Shown here: in pieces, positions 49,399 through 59,306 of the stretch | How the letters are laid out: each line of letters opens with the position of its first letter | Position numbering within the stretch: the stretch's first letter is position 1 | NCBI GenBank assembly: GCA_963735035.1 | Contig: CAVTJJ010000003.1 | Coordinates: 192,001 to 256,000 of the forward strand | Source: an uncultured candidate division Zixibacteria bacterium | GTDB lineage: Bacteria > Zixibacteria > MSB-5A5 > GN15 > FEB-12 | Length of the DNA stretch: 64,000 bases | Direction: 5' to 3' | Position numbers and translations under genes: made by a program | Notes under the pieces: model-generated | Databases searched by the model: none | Told to the model about the DNA's origin: nothing | The model's input: the letters and a program-made list of their open reading frames with translations, nothing else

Positions 49399-49584
49399 TC
49401 TAGTCTCCTTTCGATCTGGTAAGTACGCGTATCGATTAATCATAAGCCGTATTCATGGGGAACGCAAGAAGTACTTCCACGGCGTCTCATTTCTGCCACA
49501 CTTAAAGACGCTGAAGTGCGATCGGCAGCAGACAGCAACGTAATCCTTACTCGCCCCCGGCCGTTCTTTCTGCAGTTATATCTT

Positions 49585-49648
49585 GTGCGTGGTGGACTTC
49601 CTCGTCCACCACGCAGAAAGGAATGTCAGGTGCTAAGACAAACCTGAC
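49585..49648. repeat. REP-like palindromes
   Basis: GTGCGTGGTGGAC-TTCCTC-GTCCACCACGCA (unit also at 20829, about 23344 and 26611) plus a GTCAGGT...ACCTGAC hairpin. Confidence 0.7.
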
Positions 49649-49664
49649 GTGAAAACTACCGCAC

Positions 49665-50105
49665 CTATTGTCCGGTGGCGGCGTTTACAGTGAAGGTCAG
49701 AGACTTGAGTTCGTTGCCGGCGGCGTCGGTGATCTTTACTTCCCAGCGGCCTGTCCAGGCCGGGAGAATCTTCTTGCCGCTGTGGGTTCGCCAATTGATA
49801 CCTCGGACCGGCAAATCCACGACAGCCATAGTCTTGCCTTCGTGAAGCCAGGTATGCTTCAAAGTAGTCTCGGATTCGGCCCCAATAACGCGCATCCAGC
49901 AGCACACTGAACCGACCTCGGCACTGAACACTGAGTCGGCGCCGTTCGGCGTGTGGTCAGCGACCGATGTACAAATTGTTGCCTCGACCTTAAGAGCCGG
50001 AACGGGTGCGGCCGTCGTTGGCGACTGGCTCTGGGCGATCAGGGGACACGCCAGAGCGAATACCACGACAAGAACGGTGATGAATAGCTTCATAACTTCG
50101 GTCAT
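49665..50105 (-). CDS. Secreted DUF2914-like protein
   Basis: ICTSVADH.P, HTWLHEG, WRTHSGK, GRWEVKI. Confidence 0.75.
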   Translation of the reverse strand: MTEVMKLFITVLVVVFALACPLIAQSQSPTTAAPVPALKVEATICTSVADHTPNGADSVFSAEVGSVCCWMRVIGAESETTLKHTWLHEGKTMAVVDLPVRGINWRTHSGKKILPAWTGRWEVKITDAAGNELKSLTFTVNAATGQ

Positions 50106-50240
50106 CCTTCTTTAGTCATATTGCAGGTCAGGACGTCGGGAAATGCAGCGCCTCTCCTTCATAAATTAATAGGAAACGACTCGGGCCGCAAACAGAATAA
50201 TCATAGGATAGACAACTACCGCTTCCTCCGGGAAGGGGCG

Positions 50241-52643
50241 TCACAGACAGGGCCGCAACCCGACGGTTGGGCCGCTGATGAAGAGATAATCGATCAGGAT
50301 CGATATGTCGCCTATTGTGATGTCGTCACAGGTGGGAGAACTCCCCCCCGACTGATTGAGGTCGGCCTCGGACAGACAAGGGATCACCCCGACACACGAT
50401 CCAGAGATGAACTTGGCGTCAATCAGGACACTGACATCACCAATGGTCGGCTCGTCCCCTCCAATGCCATTGGCATCGCCGACCCGGCCGACACAACAGG
50501 ATTGACTGTCGGATCCTGACAACTTGGTCACGAAGGCGTCGGCGCCATTGGTCCCACGGGTCCCCTGGTACGGCGTCTGGGTGGGGAAATTGTCCGAATC
50601 GGTGATACCGCACACATAGGCCGCCCCGGTCGCATCCACGGCTATGCCAAAACCGCCGTCGAAGCCGTTCCCACCCAGGTAAGTCATGTACGCGGGCGCG
50701 CCGATACTAGACAGCTTGGCCACCACACAATCGGCCAGACCGCCCTGAAACGATGACTGGCAGGCGTCAAGAATAGGGAAATTGGTCGAGTACGACCGAC
50801 CGGTAATATAGGCGTTCCCAAGAGCATCCAACGCCAAAGCGTAGCCGATGTCGTCCGCGGAGCCGCCCAGATAAGTGCTGTAAACCAGAGCGTCCCCTGC
50901 GCCACTTAGCCTGGCGACAAACAGGTCATCGCCTCCCCCGAGAGCATTTTGATAAGCATTCAGAGTAGGGAAATTAGCCGACTTCGTGAAGCCAGTCACG
51001 CAGGCCGATCCGTCGGCGTCCACGGCGATGCCATAGCCGTAATCATCGGCAGCTCCTCCGAGGTATGTCGAGTAATACAGACTGTCGCCCAACGCAGAAA
51101 GCCTGGTCACAAAGGCATCAGCATACCAGCCGGAAGTCCAGGACTGGTAGGCAAAGACCGACGTAGGAAAGTTTGTCGACAGGGTGCGCCCGGTTACAAA
51201 CGCCGAACCGGCCGTGTCAACAGCGATAGCATTGCCATCATCGTCATCCTTCCCCCCCAGATACGTGCTGAAAGAGAGCCTGGAACCGCTGGTGGTGTAC
51301 CTGGCGACAAAAGCATCGTACCCTCCCCCATTGGCTGCCTGGTAAGGATGTTGAGTGGGGAAGTCGGTCGACAAGGTCAACCCGGTCACATAAGCTGAGC
51401 CGAGACTGTCGACCGCGATAGCGTCCCCGGAGTCCCATCCGCCCCCACCGAGATACGTACTGTAGATTAGGATGTCCCCGCTGCCGGAAAGCTTGGCGAC
51501 AAAGGCATCGTATGAACCGCCGTTGTAACTGTTGTCTACGGCGTTGACGGTGGGGAAATCGGTCGACGAGGCAAAACCGGTAATGTAGACCGCACCAAGT
51601 CGATCTACCGCTATGCCATTGGCCGCATCAGACGCCGTTCCGCCCAGATAGGTACTGAAAACCAAAACGTTCCCGGTCCTTGAAATCTTGGATACATACG
51701 CGCTGAGGTAGCCGGATCGTGAAGGCTGGTATGGGTCCAGGGTGGGGAAATTGGCTGAAAACGTCTCTCCAGTGACATACACCGCCCCGGACGGGTCGAC
51801 CGCGATGCCGCGACCGCCGTCGTTAAGCGTCCCGCCCAGATACGTGCTATAGATCAGGACAGGATCAATCACGGTCGGAAGCGATGGATCGAATTCCGGG
51901 CCGAGGCGAAATCCAAAAGAGTGATCGGCGTTGATCTGATATTCAGACGAAATCTTCCGTCGCACTTGTGCCGCGTCCTGATAGACCACCGGCGCCTGTT
52001 CACGAATCTCCCCCCAGGGGGTTGTCACTACAAGCGTACCATCCGAAGCAACTGACACACCCGTGGAGCCCTGGTACTCTATCTTGATCTTGGAATAGTC
52101 CGCCCCGGTTTTGACCCTGAAGTCATACTCGGCGCGACCGCCGGTACCGTAGTAAACCAGGTCGATCCCAGGATAGATGTCTTCCAGGACCACGGCTCGG
52201 TAGTTCGGCACGTTGGACCGCCATCCGTTCGGTTCGTTTCCATAGAAGTAGTTACAGCGAGACTCCGTGAGGCTATCGCCGCGCGAACGCGGATGCGGGT
52301 TCGCTCCGATCAGTGCCGCTTTGAGAGTGAGAGTCTCAACGCTGTCGGGGACATGGTCGGGACCACGAGGGTCCTGACCTACGCTAACGCTGCCAATTGA
52401 AACACGTCGGGCAAACTGATAGTAAACACCCTCGGCCGTGATCCACATAGCAACTCCGGGGGCATCCGCGCGAAACAGGGCTCGACTATCCCATTGGCCC
52501 ATGTTCTGGGTAAATGACAACGACGTTGATCCCGGAAGTTGGGTGCTTTCGAGACGGTGCGATACACCTGGCGAAGAAACTTCTGACGCATTTGCGCCAA
52601 GAACGCACAGAACAACGGAACCGATGACAAGAATATGCTTCAA
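50241..52643 (-). CDS. Secreted SBBP-repeat beta-propeller protein with dockerin-like C-terminus
   Basis: FTQNMGQW N-domain; about 7 repeats of YSTYLGG...D.G.GIAVD..G.AYVTG.T.S.NFPT...DAFV.KL; TTG start after GAGG. Confidence 0.88.
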   Translation of the reverse strand: MKHILVIGSVVLCVLGANASEVSSPGVSHRLESTQLPGSTSLSFTQNMGQWDSRALFRADAPGVAMWITAEGVYYQFARRVSIGSVSVGQDPRGPDHVPDSVETLTLKAALIGANPHPRSRGDSLTESRCNYFYGNEPNGWRSNVPNYRAVVLEDIYPGIDLVYYGTGGRAEYDFRVKTGADYSKIKIEYQGSTGVSVASDGTLVVTTPWGEIREQAPVVYQDAAQVRRKISSEYQINADHSFGFRLGPEFDPSLPTVIDPVLIYSTYLGGTLNDGGRGIAVDPSGAVYVTGETFSANFPTLDPYQPSRSGYLSAYVSKISRTGNVLVFSTYLGGTASDAANGIAVDRLGAVYITGFASSTDFPTVNAVDNSYNGGSYDAFVAKLSGSGDILIYSTYLGGGGWDSGDAIAVDSLGSAYVTGLTLSTDFPTQHPYQAANGGGYDAFVARYTTSGSRLSFSTYLGGKDDDDGNAIAVDTAGSAFVTGRTLSTNFPTSVFAYQSWTSGWYADAFVTRLSALGDSLYYSTYLGGAADDYGYGIAVDADGSACVTGFTKSANFPTLNAYQNALGGGDDLFVARLSGAGDALVYSTYLGGSADDIGYALALDALGNAYITGRSYSTNFPILDACQSSFQGGLADCVVAKLSSIGAPAYMTYLGGNGFDGGFGIAVDATGAAYVCGITDSDNFPTQTPYQGTRGTNGADAFVTKLSGSDSQSCCVGRVGDANGIGGDEPTIGDVSVLIDAKFISGSCVGVIPCLSEADLNQSGGSSPTCDDITIGDISILIDYLFISGPTVGLRPCL

Positions 52644-52769
52644 ACAGTGGACCTCAAGTCCGGCAGGACCAGCTAAGCAGAAGAACTTGACAATAGTACT
52701 CCTGACAGAATAATACACCCAAAGGGCCTGAAGTTCCCAATAGTATTTTGGGCGTGGCAGGAATGCGGC

Positions 52770-53837
52770 TTACAGACAATTCGGCAGAGTCATATTGCCC
52801 GAACCGGTGATGAACAGGTAGTCGATCAGAATAGATATGTCTCCGATCGTTATATCATCGCAGGTAGGGCTGCCCCCCCCGGATTGGTTGATATCTGCTT
52901 CTCGCAAACAAATAGAGACGCTTTCGCAACTGCCGGTGATGAATTTTGTGTCAATCATGGTCGAAACATCCCCGATTGTCGGTTCATCCCCACCTACCCC
53001 GTTGGCGTCGCCGACACGGCCAACGCACCCACTCAAACACGGGGTAATGGCAGGCGACCAACCCGACACCCGGGCCATCATCCACCAGAATGCCTTCCCC
53101 TTCTGATAGCAGTTGAAACAATGCGAATGGGCACAACCGGAGCAGTCGGCACAGGTATGGGTAGCACACCAGGTAGAGCACCACTCACAGGCGTCGCTGC
53201 CATCGGGGTAGCGATTCCCATCGGGGTCCCAGGATTCAATGTCGGCGAAATCGAATAGGGTCTTGTTGTTTACGACACAGTATTCGCGAATCTGGTTGTT
53301 CCTCTGAAGCAGATTGCCGGCATCGCCGGAGCCGTCCAGGTGTCCGGTCATATAGACAAAGGTGACCGTCGGATAGTCCTGCTCAAGTTCGGTCATCTTG
53401 GACAGGTAGGCATCTATGCCTTCAACACTGTTGTCGGACACGCCACCGCACCAGGAGAGCATAGCGACGTTGATATCGGGATGGCCGTCGAGCCAGTTTC
53501 TGATAAGTGGCGCCCAGGTCGTGTCGCCGTATCCGCCTAGATCGTCGCCAAGCTCGGATATGAACGGTGACACATAGCCGCTGTTCTCGGTCGCCAGCAT
53601 TTCAATGCCGGTAAGTATCTGGCTGCCATGCGAAGTATGGATGTAATAGAAGCGGCGGGTGTCTTGAATCTGCGTTATGATCGATTGCGGAATGAGTTCG
53701 AACTGACCAACAGAAGCGTGATCAGCAACAATGGCCTGAGCGCATGCGTCTTGCACCGGTGACAAGAGGGCACAAGTGACAATCATCGCGAGAATGGCAG
53801 AACGTCCCGGGAGCGACAGCATTATCTTGCAGGGCAT
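52770..53837 (-). CDS. Secreted Cys-rich hypothetical protein with dockerin-like C-terminus
   Basis: HTSHGSQI, SWCG, YMTGHLDG, FDFADIESWDPDG, CAHSHCFNC; shared module. Confidence 0.75.
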   Translation of the reverse strand: MPCKIMLSLPGRSAILAMIVTCALLSPVQDACAQAIVADHASVGQFELIPQSIITQIQDTRRFYYIHTSHGSQILTGIEMLATENSGYVSPFISELGDDLGGYGDTTWAPLIRNWLDGHPDINVAMLSWCGGVSDNSVEGIDAYLSKMTELEQDYPTVTFVYMTGHLDGSGDAGNLLQRNNQIREYCVVNNKTLFDFADIESWDPDGNRYPDGSDACEWCSTWCATHTCADCSGCAHSHCFNCYQKGKAFWWMMARVSGWSPAITPCLSGCVGRVGDANGVGGDEPTIGDVSTMIDTKFITGSCESVSICLREADINQSGGGSPTCDDITIGDISILIDYLFITGSGNMTLPNCL

Positions 53838-53858
53838 ATCGGCGAGTATCCTCTATAG

Positions 53859-55022
53859 TCAGTACAAACAACCCGGCAGAGTCATATTGCCCTGACCGGT
53901 GATGAACAGATAGTCAATCAACATTGAAATGTCGCCAATCGTAATATCATCACACATGGGATTGTCGCCCCCGGAACGGTTAATGTCCGCTTCGAATATA
54001 CAGGGGATGACGTTCTCGCAAGCACTGATAATGAAGCGCGCCGAAATCATGGCGGAGATATCGCCGATAGTCGGTTTGTCATCACCGCTGCCGTTGGCGT
54101 CGCCCACAATACCCTGGCAGCAACTGCACCCCACCGAAACGTTGCCCATGGTTATACCGCGTACTATGATCGACCAGAGAAGTGGTGATTCAAGACGAAC
54201 CGTTGTGCTAGTTGCCAGAGTCGAATCGCAAAACATCGGATGGGCGGAGATATTGCCCTCAGCCCCGGTCAGGTCGGGACCGGACTCATAGTTGGTCGCG
54301 TTGCCGAATACATCGTTGTATAGAAAACTCTTACCGAGTTGCGGGAAGAAGCCAAAAAACCCTACAAAATTACCGTACACAACATTATCGGTGAAGTGAA
54401 AGAGACCTGATTCGTCCTTAACTCCAATATCGTTGAAAGCGACAATATTTCCGGCAACAACGGTATTCAGCGCCGACTTAAGATCAAGGCCAATCATATT
54501 GTGAATAAACAGATTGCCTGTAACGTTCTGATAAGCTTCATCTGCCAGCAAAATTCCGGTCGCGTTGCCCTTGAATACGCAAGAGTCTATTTCACCACCG
54601 GTCCACATGACATTGGCCGTAAGGCCTGTCAGATTTTGATCGAAAATACAATCGTGAACTCGGCCCGGGCCGGTCACGCTATAGATGATCACGTCACTGC
54701 CACCACGAAAAGTAAGGCCCTCAATCGACAAAGGCATTCGCGAATCATACGGATCGACCGGATGCATAAAGAAATCGCCTTCGAGATTCACTATGGTCGA
54801 TGCCGGACCGGCTTCGGAAATGATCGCTACCCGGGCATTGGTTACCGCGAAGCCATGATTCGCAGCGCCTTCGTACGTTCCCGGGGCCAGCAGCAGCGTA
54901 TCTTTGTCAGCCGCCGACCCTAGCCCGGCCTGAATTGTCGGCTGATCGGCCGGAATATGGATAACCGTAGAATAAGCGGCAGATGCCTGGAATATGATCA
55001 GAAAGAGAACCCATCGCTTCAT
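53859..55022 (-). CDS. Secreted beta-helix (NosD-like) protein with dockerin-like C-terminus
   Basis: HIPADQPTIQAG...GTY; N..GI repeats; GNISAHPMFCD; shared module. Confidence 0.82.
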   Translation of the reverse strand: MKRWVLFLIIFQASAAYSTVIHIPADQPTIQAGLGSAADKDTLLLAPGTYEGAANHGFAVTNARVAIISEAGPASTIVNLEGDFFMHPVDPYDSRMPLSIEGLTFRGGSDVIIYSVTGPGRVHDCIFDQNLTGLTANVMWTGGEIDSCVFKGNATGILLADEAYQNVTGNLFIHNMIGLDLKSALNTVVAGNIVAFNDIGVKDESGLFHFTDNVVYGNFVGFFGFFPQLGKSFLYNDVFGNATNYESGPDLTGAEGNISAHPMFCDSTLATSTTVRLESPLLWSIIVRGITMGNVSVGCSCCQGIVGDANGSGDDKPTIGDISAMISARFIISACENVIPCIFEADINRSGGDNPMCDDITIGDISMLIDYLFITGQGNMTLPGCLY

Positions 55023-55107
55023 AGAAAGCTCCTGTCTCGAGCGATTTGTAGGACTCTAAAATATACTACAATTAGTCGATTTGAGCAAGGGAATTGATAG
55101 TATTGAC

Positions 55108-58100
55108 TTACATACACTTGGGCAAAGTCACATTATCCGAACCGCGTACGAACAAGTAATCGATCATAATAAAGACATCGCCAATACTGATGTCATCACA
55201 ATCCGGATTACTTCCTCCCGACTGGTTGACGTCTGCCTCAGCCAGACAGGGGATAATCCCCTCGCACGTCCCGGAGATGAACACAGCGTCAATCAGAACA
55301 CTGACGTCACCGATAGTCGGCTCATCCCCCGCAAGGCCGTTGGCATCGCCGACCCGGCCGATACAGCAACTGGTAGTCGTGAACGCCCCATAAACGCCCG
55401 TCTCAGTGATTGCCGCCGTCACCGTATTCAGAGCTGTATCTACGTCACCCCCCACCAGCTGCCATTGCAGCACAGTCGGGTTCCAGCGGAATACGCGCAG
55501 AGTTGACTCGTCGCCAAGAGTCACACCACTAGCATCTCTGAAGTCCGAATTGCTATAGCTAATGGAGATGCTATTCGAGCCGAACAGCGAATTGAACGGG
55601 GACGTTGACAACGAGTGCGTCTTGCCGCCCTGAATGGCTCCGGCTCCGAGGCCACTCAGCCAGGGCGGGTAAGCCGACGATAGAATCATCGCCCTCTGAA
55701 TGCCGGAATTGGAGCTGTCGATCCGAACTATAGCTTCGCCCTCAGGGCCGATCAGCTTCTGCAACTGCCGGGGAGTAGTTATGTTCGTAACCTCAAACGG
55801 AGTCGAGAAGAAGAACGTTTCGCTCGAATCGTCAACCCCCCAGACCGTGGCCTTGCCGGGAACGGTCAGGTATTCAGCCGCTTGGGTGCTATAACTGTTC
55901 GTGCCGGCGGAAAATGTGCTGGTCACAAAGTCGCCCTGATCAGTAACAATATCCAATTGCGGATACTGGCTCATTCCACGGTCAAACCAGAGCCCGTAGG
56001 TCCAGCCGTTGTCCGAAAGCTGCCCGCCGCAAACCATCGGGAAATCTCCCGCCACCGGTCGTAACGATAGAGTCACACTGTCACCGGCGACCGATGCAGC
56101 GGATTGGCTCCCGGTCCGGCTGAAGCCCGACCCCGGCCTAACGCTCCCGCACAGCCAGGCCTTGCGAACACCCGCGACAGCACCGGGTGACCTCTTCCCG
56201 ATCGATTCAGTCCGGCTCGAACCGGCTACCAGAATCTCATCCTGAAAGAAATCCATCCCATACACCCAGAGCTGGCCACGGTCGGTGGTAAATCCCTGAT
56301 CGCTTTGGTACATCGGATTGGCGCCCCGACGAAGCAGTTGGACATTCAGCCCACCCGGTGTGACCGTATCCACTTTGAGGTGAACCGACTGAATACCGGG
56401 AGCCGGAGGAACCAATGCTGCCGGGAAATGGACCAAACGACCAACGTCATAGGTCAGGTTGTACAGGTCGTCGTTCGGCCCGGGGAAATAATTCAGACCA
56501 GTCGGGGTAAGTCGCTCGGTGGAATCGGTCACCGAGGGTTTCAATATCGGCACGTATATCCCGTTGCGAGGCCCTTCTGCCCAACGCTCGAAATCATCCC
56601 AGCATGATCGGGAGTTATCGTACCATTGCGCGCTATTCCGGCAGGAGCCGTCTTGATACCGGTATTCACTCGACATCTCCGAGGCCAGCTCTCCGAAGTA
56701 CGGGCGATCATAGTGATGGTCCATAAAGCCGTAGTTGCCCGAAGGTAACGAGCCGCATCGGGCATTGGCAGGCAGATAGTGCCCGGCAGGGTCGACAAAC
56801 AAATATTCATCGCTGAACCCCAGACCATAGTGACCAAACTCATGCCCCAGGGTTCGATAATTGTCCGACATCCCGTCACTTAACGGATGCAATAGGTAGC
56901 TGAAGACCCGGCAAGTGTCCGGGTCACCAAACCACTTGCGTGGCAGTTTAATCGGCGGGAAACCAGTCCAGGCGATACCCATAATGCCGGCGTTCGGCCA
57001 GTAAACATTGCTAGCCTTGATCTGGATATCAGCTTCGTTCCACTGTGACCGGTCATCCAAAATCACCACGGTGTCCAGACGGATCTGGCCGTCGCTGACA
57101 TCATAAAGATAGTTCGACATCTGCCGGAAATCCGCGGTCAATCCCTGAACGTAAGACTCCTCGGCGTCCCACTCAATAGAAACGAGCAGATTGTAGCGGT
57201 ACTCAGTGTGGTCGAGCTTGATCTCTTGATAGCTCGAGTAGCTGCAGGTGTCGAAGACAAGTGCGCCATCTTCGAGAAACTCTCCGTTGTCCAAGAGAAT
57301 AGTGTACATCGTACCGGCTACCGTCGAATGCCTCGGAGACAATTGGGTATAAACCAACCGGGATATCTTTAGAGTGTCACCGAGGTTAATCACATCCGCG
57401 GTCGAATTGATAGCTGACTGAGGGAGCTCGTAGCCTTCGGATGCGGCGAAGGGAAGTATGATCTGGCCATGAATGTCGGTACTGAATGCGCCCAGGGTGT
57501 CTTCGACGTACAAGGGAGGGGTAGCGTGAACCCGGATCAGTTCAAAGGTCATATTGGGGATGGAATCACCGTTCCCGTCAAGAATCACAAGCGTCTTCGG
57601 CTGAGTATATTTTCCGACCAAGGTGGGACAGACGAACATATTGTCGTCCGGAAGGTTGTAACTAACGCTGTCGAGAGAGCAGGCCACGGCGGACACGTAT
57701 ATATCGCCGGCGTCGTCAACCCGGAGCACCGCCCGGTTGTGATCTCTGTTGATCCCGGTCACCGGCCTGTCCGGACTAGGATTTATCAACCATCTGGAAT
57801 TTCCGTCCGGGTCGAAGCTCTGCAGGGTACCATTGCCGTTCAACGAGTAGAGATTTCCCGCTCGGTCGCCGGCAAGGGCCAGTGGATCAAAGTACGCGAC
57901 CGGCCAGGTCTTTTCCCAGACTCTGCTGCTGTCTGGACGGTACTTTATCGCCGCACCTTCTACGCTACCTCCCGGGGCGGTCATGGCGGTGATATTTCCT
58001 GCATGATCGACTAACACCCGGTACTGTTCAGCGCCGATATCGGTGAAGTGCGTCTGCCAGATCAAAGACATGCTGGTGTCGAGCTTGACCAGGTCAACGT

Positions 58101-59022
58101 TTCTATAGTAGTCCAATACGCCGCCATACCGTCTACCGACCAGACAATACGAATTTCCTGATCCGTCAAAAGCGGCATCCAGGACTGTTCCCGGCATGAG
58201 GATCGACTCGTGCATTATTTCCCCGCCCGGGGCATGCTTGACTGCCCACGCTGAACCGGACTTGGTCCCGAACAGGTACACGAATCCACGCGAATCGACT
58301 CTCAGCATACAGGGAAAAGGCAGTGAATCCGTAAGCGGATTGCCGTACGTTACGATCGCCGGTCCCTGGCCCGAGGAGTCGTAAATCAAGAGTCGCACAT
58401 CGTAATCGGAACGTGGACCCGAGCAGAGGACATAGACACGCTTGTCGTTACCGAGAACGAGACAGGGAGGCTGAGCAACTACGCTGTTACCTGCCGGTCC
58501 ATCATAAACGTTGGACCAGCGAAATCCGCCTGCTCCGCTGCGAGATAACACCGTAACGCCTTCGTCATAAATGAAGGCTGATTCCCAGCCGTGTTCCGCG
58601 ACAAGGTAAACATTGTCGCTCGGGTCGCCTACTATCTGGCCACGCAGACTCCAAGCCTTATGCCCCCATAACCACTGGTCTTCGTTTGTCCATTGCGCTT
58701 GCCCGAAACCGTCGTACTTCCTGACGACAAGGTGATACCAGTCCGCGTACGTGCCGTTTTCAAAATCGGCCTGATGTTGCTCCAGACCTAGAGTGTAGGT
58801 GTTGCCTTGTCTGTCGGGATACAATTCCACTATGCCGGTGCGGATCATCGTTGTGGTGAGGGGTTCGAGGATGTGAACCCATGCAGGTCTGACTCGGGAC
58901 GAATCGGTCTGCGGAAAGCTGTCTCCTGGCGAGGCCAAGACAGAAAGCACCGACAGGGCAGTGACCAAACCGAACTCCGGCAGGCAAAAACTGAATTTCT
59001 TAAGGCGGGAGATCGAGATCAT
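55108..59022 (-). CDS. Large secreted multidomain protein: beta-propeller, CLCA-like zinc metalloprotease, dockerin-like C-terminus
   Basis: Propeller repeats (D..GN.Y); MSNYLYDVSDGQ...W..ADI...HEFGHYGLGFSDEY; shared module. Confidence 0.8.
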   Translation of the reverse strand: MISISRLKKFSFCLPEFGLVTALSVLSVLASPGDSFPQTDSSRVRPAWVHILEPLTTTMIRTGIVELYPDRQGNTYTLGLEQHQADFENGTYADWYHLVVRKYDGFGQAQWTNEDQWLWGHKAWSLRGQIVGDPSDNVYLVAEHGWESAFIYDEGVTVLSRSGAGGFRWSNVYDGPAGNSVVAQPPCLVLGNDKRVYVLCSGPRSDYDVRLLIYDSSGQGPAIVTYGNPLTDSLPFPCMLRVDSRGFVYLFGTKSGSAWAVKHAPGGEIMHESILMPGTVLDAAFDGSGNSYCLVGRRYGGVLDYYRNVDLVKLDTSMSLIWQTHFTDIGAEQYRVLVDHAGNITAMTAPGGSVEGAAIKYRPDSSRVWEKTWPVAYFDPLALAGDRAGNLYSLNGNGTLQSFDPDGNSRWLINPSPDRPVTGINRDHNRAVLRVDDAGDIYVSAVACSLDSVSYNLPDDNMFVCPTLVGKYTQPKTLVILDGNGDSIPNMTFELIRVHATPPLYVEDTLGAFSTDIHGQIILPFAASEGYELPQSAINSTADVINLGDTLKISRLVYTQLSPRHSTVAGTMYTILLDNGEFLEDGALVFDTCSYSSYQEIKLDHTEYRYNLLVSIEWDAEESYVQGLTADFRQMSNYLYDVSDGQIRLDTVVILDDRSQWNEADIQIKASNVYWPNAGIMGIAWTGFPPIKLPRKWFGDPDTCRVFSYLLHPLSDGMSDNYRTLGHEFGHYGLGFSDEYLFVDPAGHYLPANARCGSLPSGNYGFMDHHYDRPYFGELASEMSSEYRYQDGSCRNSAQWYDNSRSCWDDFERWAEGPRNGIYVPILKPSVTDSTERLTPTGLNYFPGPNDDLYNLTYDVGRLVHFPAALVPPAPGIQSVHLKVDTVTPGGLNVQLLRRGANPMYQSDQGFTTDRGQLWVYGMDFFQDEILVAGSSRTESIGKRSPGAVAGVRKAWLCGSVRPGSGFSRTGSQSAASVAGDSVTLSLRPVAGDFPMVCGGQLSDNGWTYGLWFDRGMSQYPQLDIVTDQGDFVTSTFSAGTNSYSTQAAEYLTVPGKATVWGVDDSSETFFFSTPFEVTNITTPRQLQKLIGPEGEAIVRIDSSNSGIQRAMILSSAYPPWLSGLGAGAIQGGKTHSLSTSPFNSLFGSNSISISYSNSDFRDASGVTLGDESTLRVFRWNPTVLQWQLVGGDVDTALNTVTAAITETGVYGAFTTTSCCIGRVGDANGLAGDEPTIGDVSVLIDAVFISGTCEGIIPCLAEADVNQSGGSNPDCDDISIGDVFIMIDYLFVRGSDNVTLPKCM

Positions 59023-59061
59023 ACGAACTCCGGACTGAAACAAAGACGCAAACCTGACTTA

Positions 59062-59089
59062 AATATACCGAAAAAGCCCATTTTGTCAA
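59062..59089 (-). promoter_or_regulatory. Sigma-70 promoter
   Basis: Minus strand TTGACA-N16-TATATT. Confidence 0.55.
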
Positions 59090-59214
59090 TTGTCGGTTGC
59101 TTTGCACTCCTTCGATAGGCCCCCGTTCCAAGACCCGGTTTGCGTGGAAAATTCGGAGTAAAATAATGCTGCCGGGCTACCCGGTCCTGCGTTGCCCGGT
59201 CAGATTCACTTCCC

Positions 59215-59243
59215 TTGACAGCGCGGCGCACCCGCGCTATCTT
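59215..59243 (+). promoter_or_regulatory. Sigma-70 promoter of carAB
   Basis: TTGACA-N17-TATCTT. Confidence 0.6.
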
Positions 59244-59306
59244 CGCCCGACTTCGGCAGTACGAGTCCGAAGTCATCAGGTCAGAAATAGAGGATTCCGG
59301 TAGTCC

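Noticed and set aside
53834..53860. GCCGATAT (minus strand) here and GCCGATTA near 63734 as sigma-28 promoters
   Set aside because: Poor -35 boxes, and the -10 overlaps or nearly abuts the start codon.
46393..59022. Diversity-generating retroelement acting on the repeated C-termini
   Set aside because: No reverse transcriptase or template repeat; differences among the tails are not adenine-specific.
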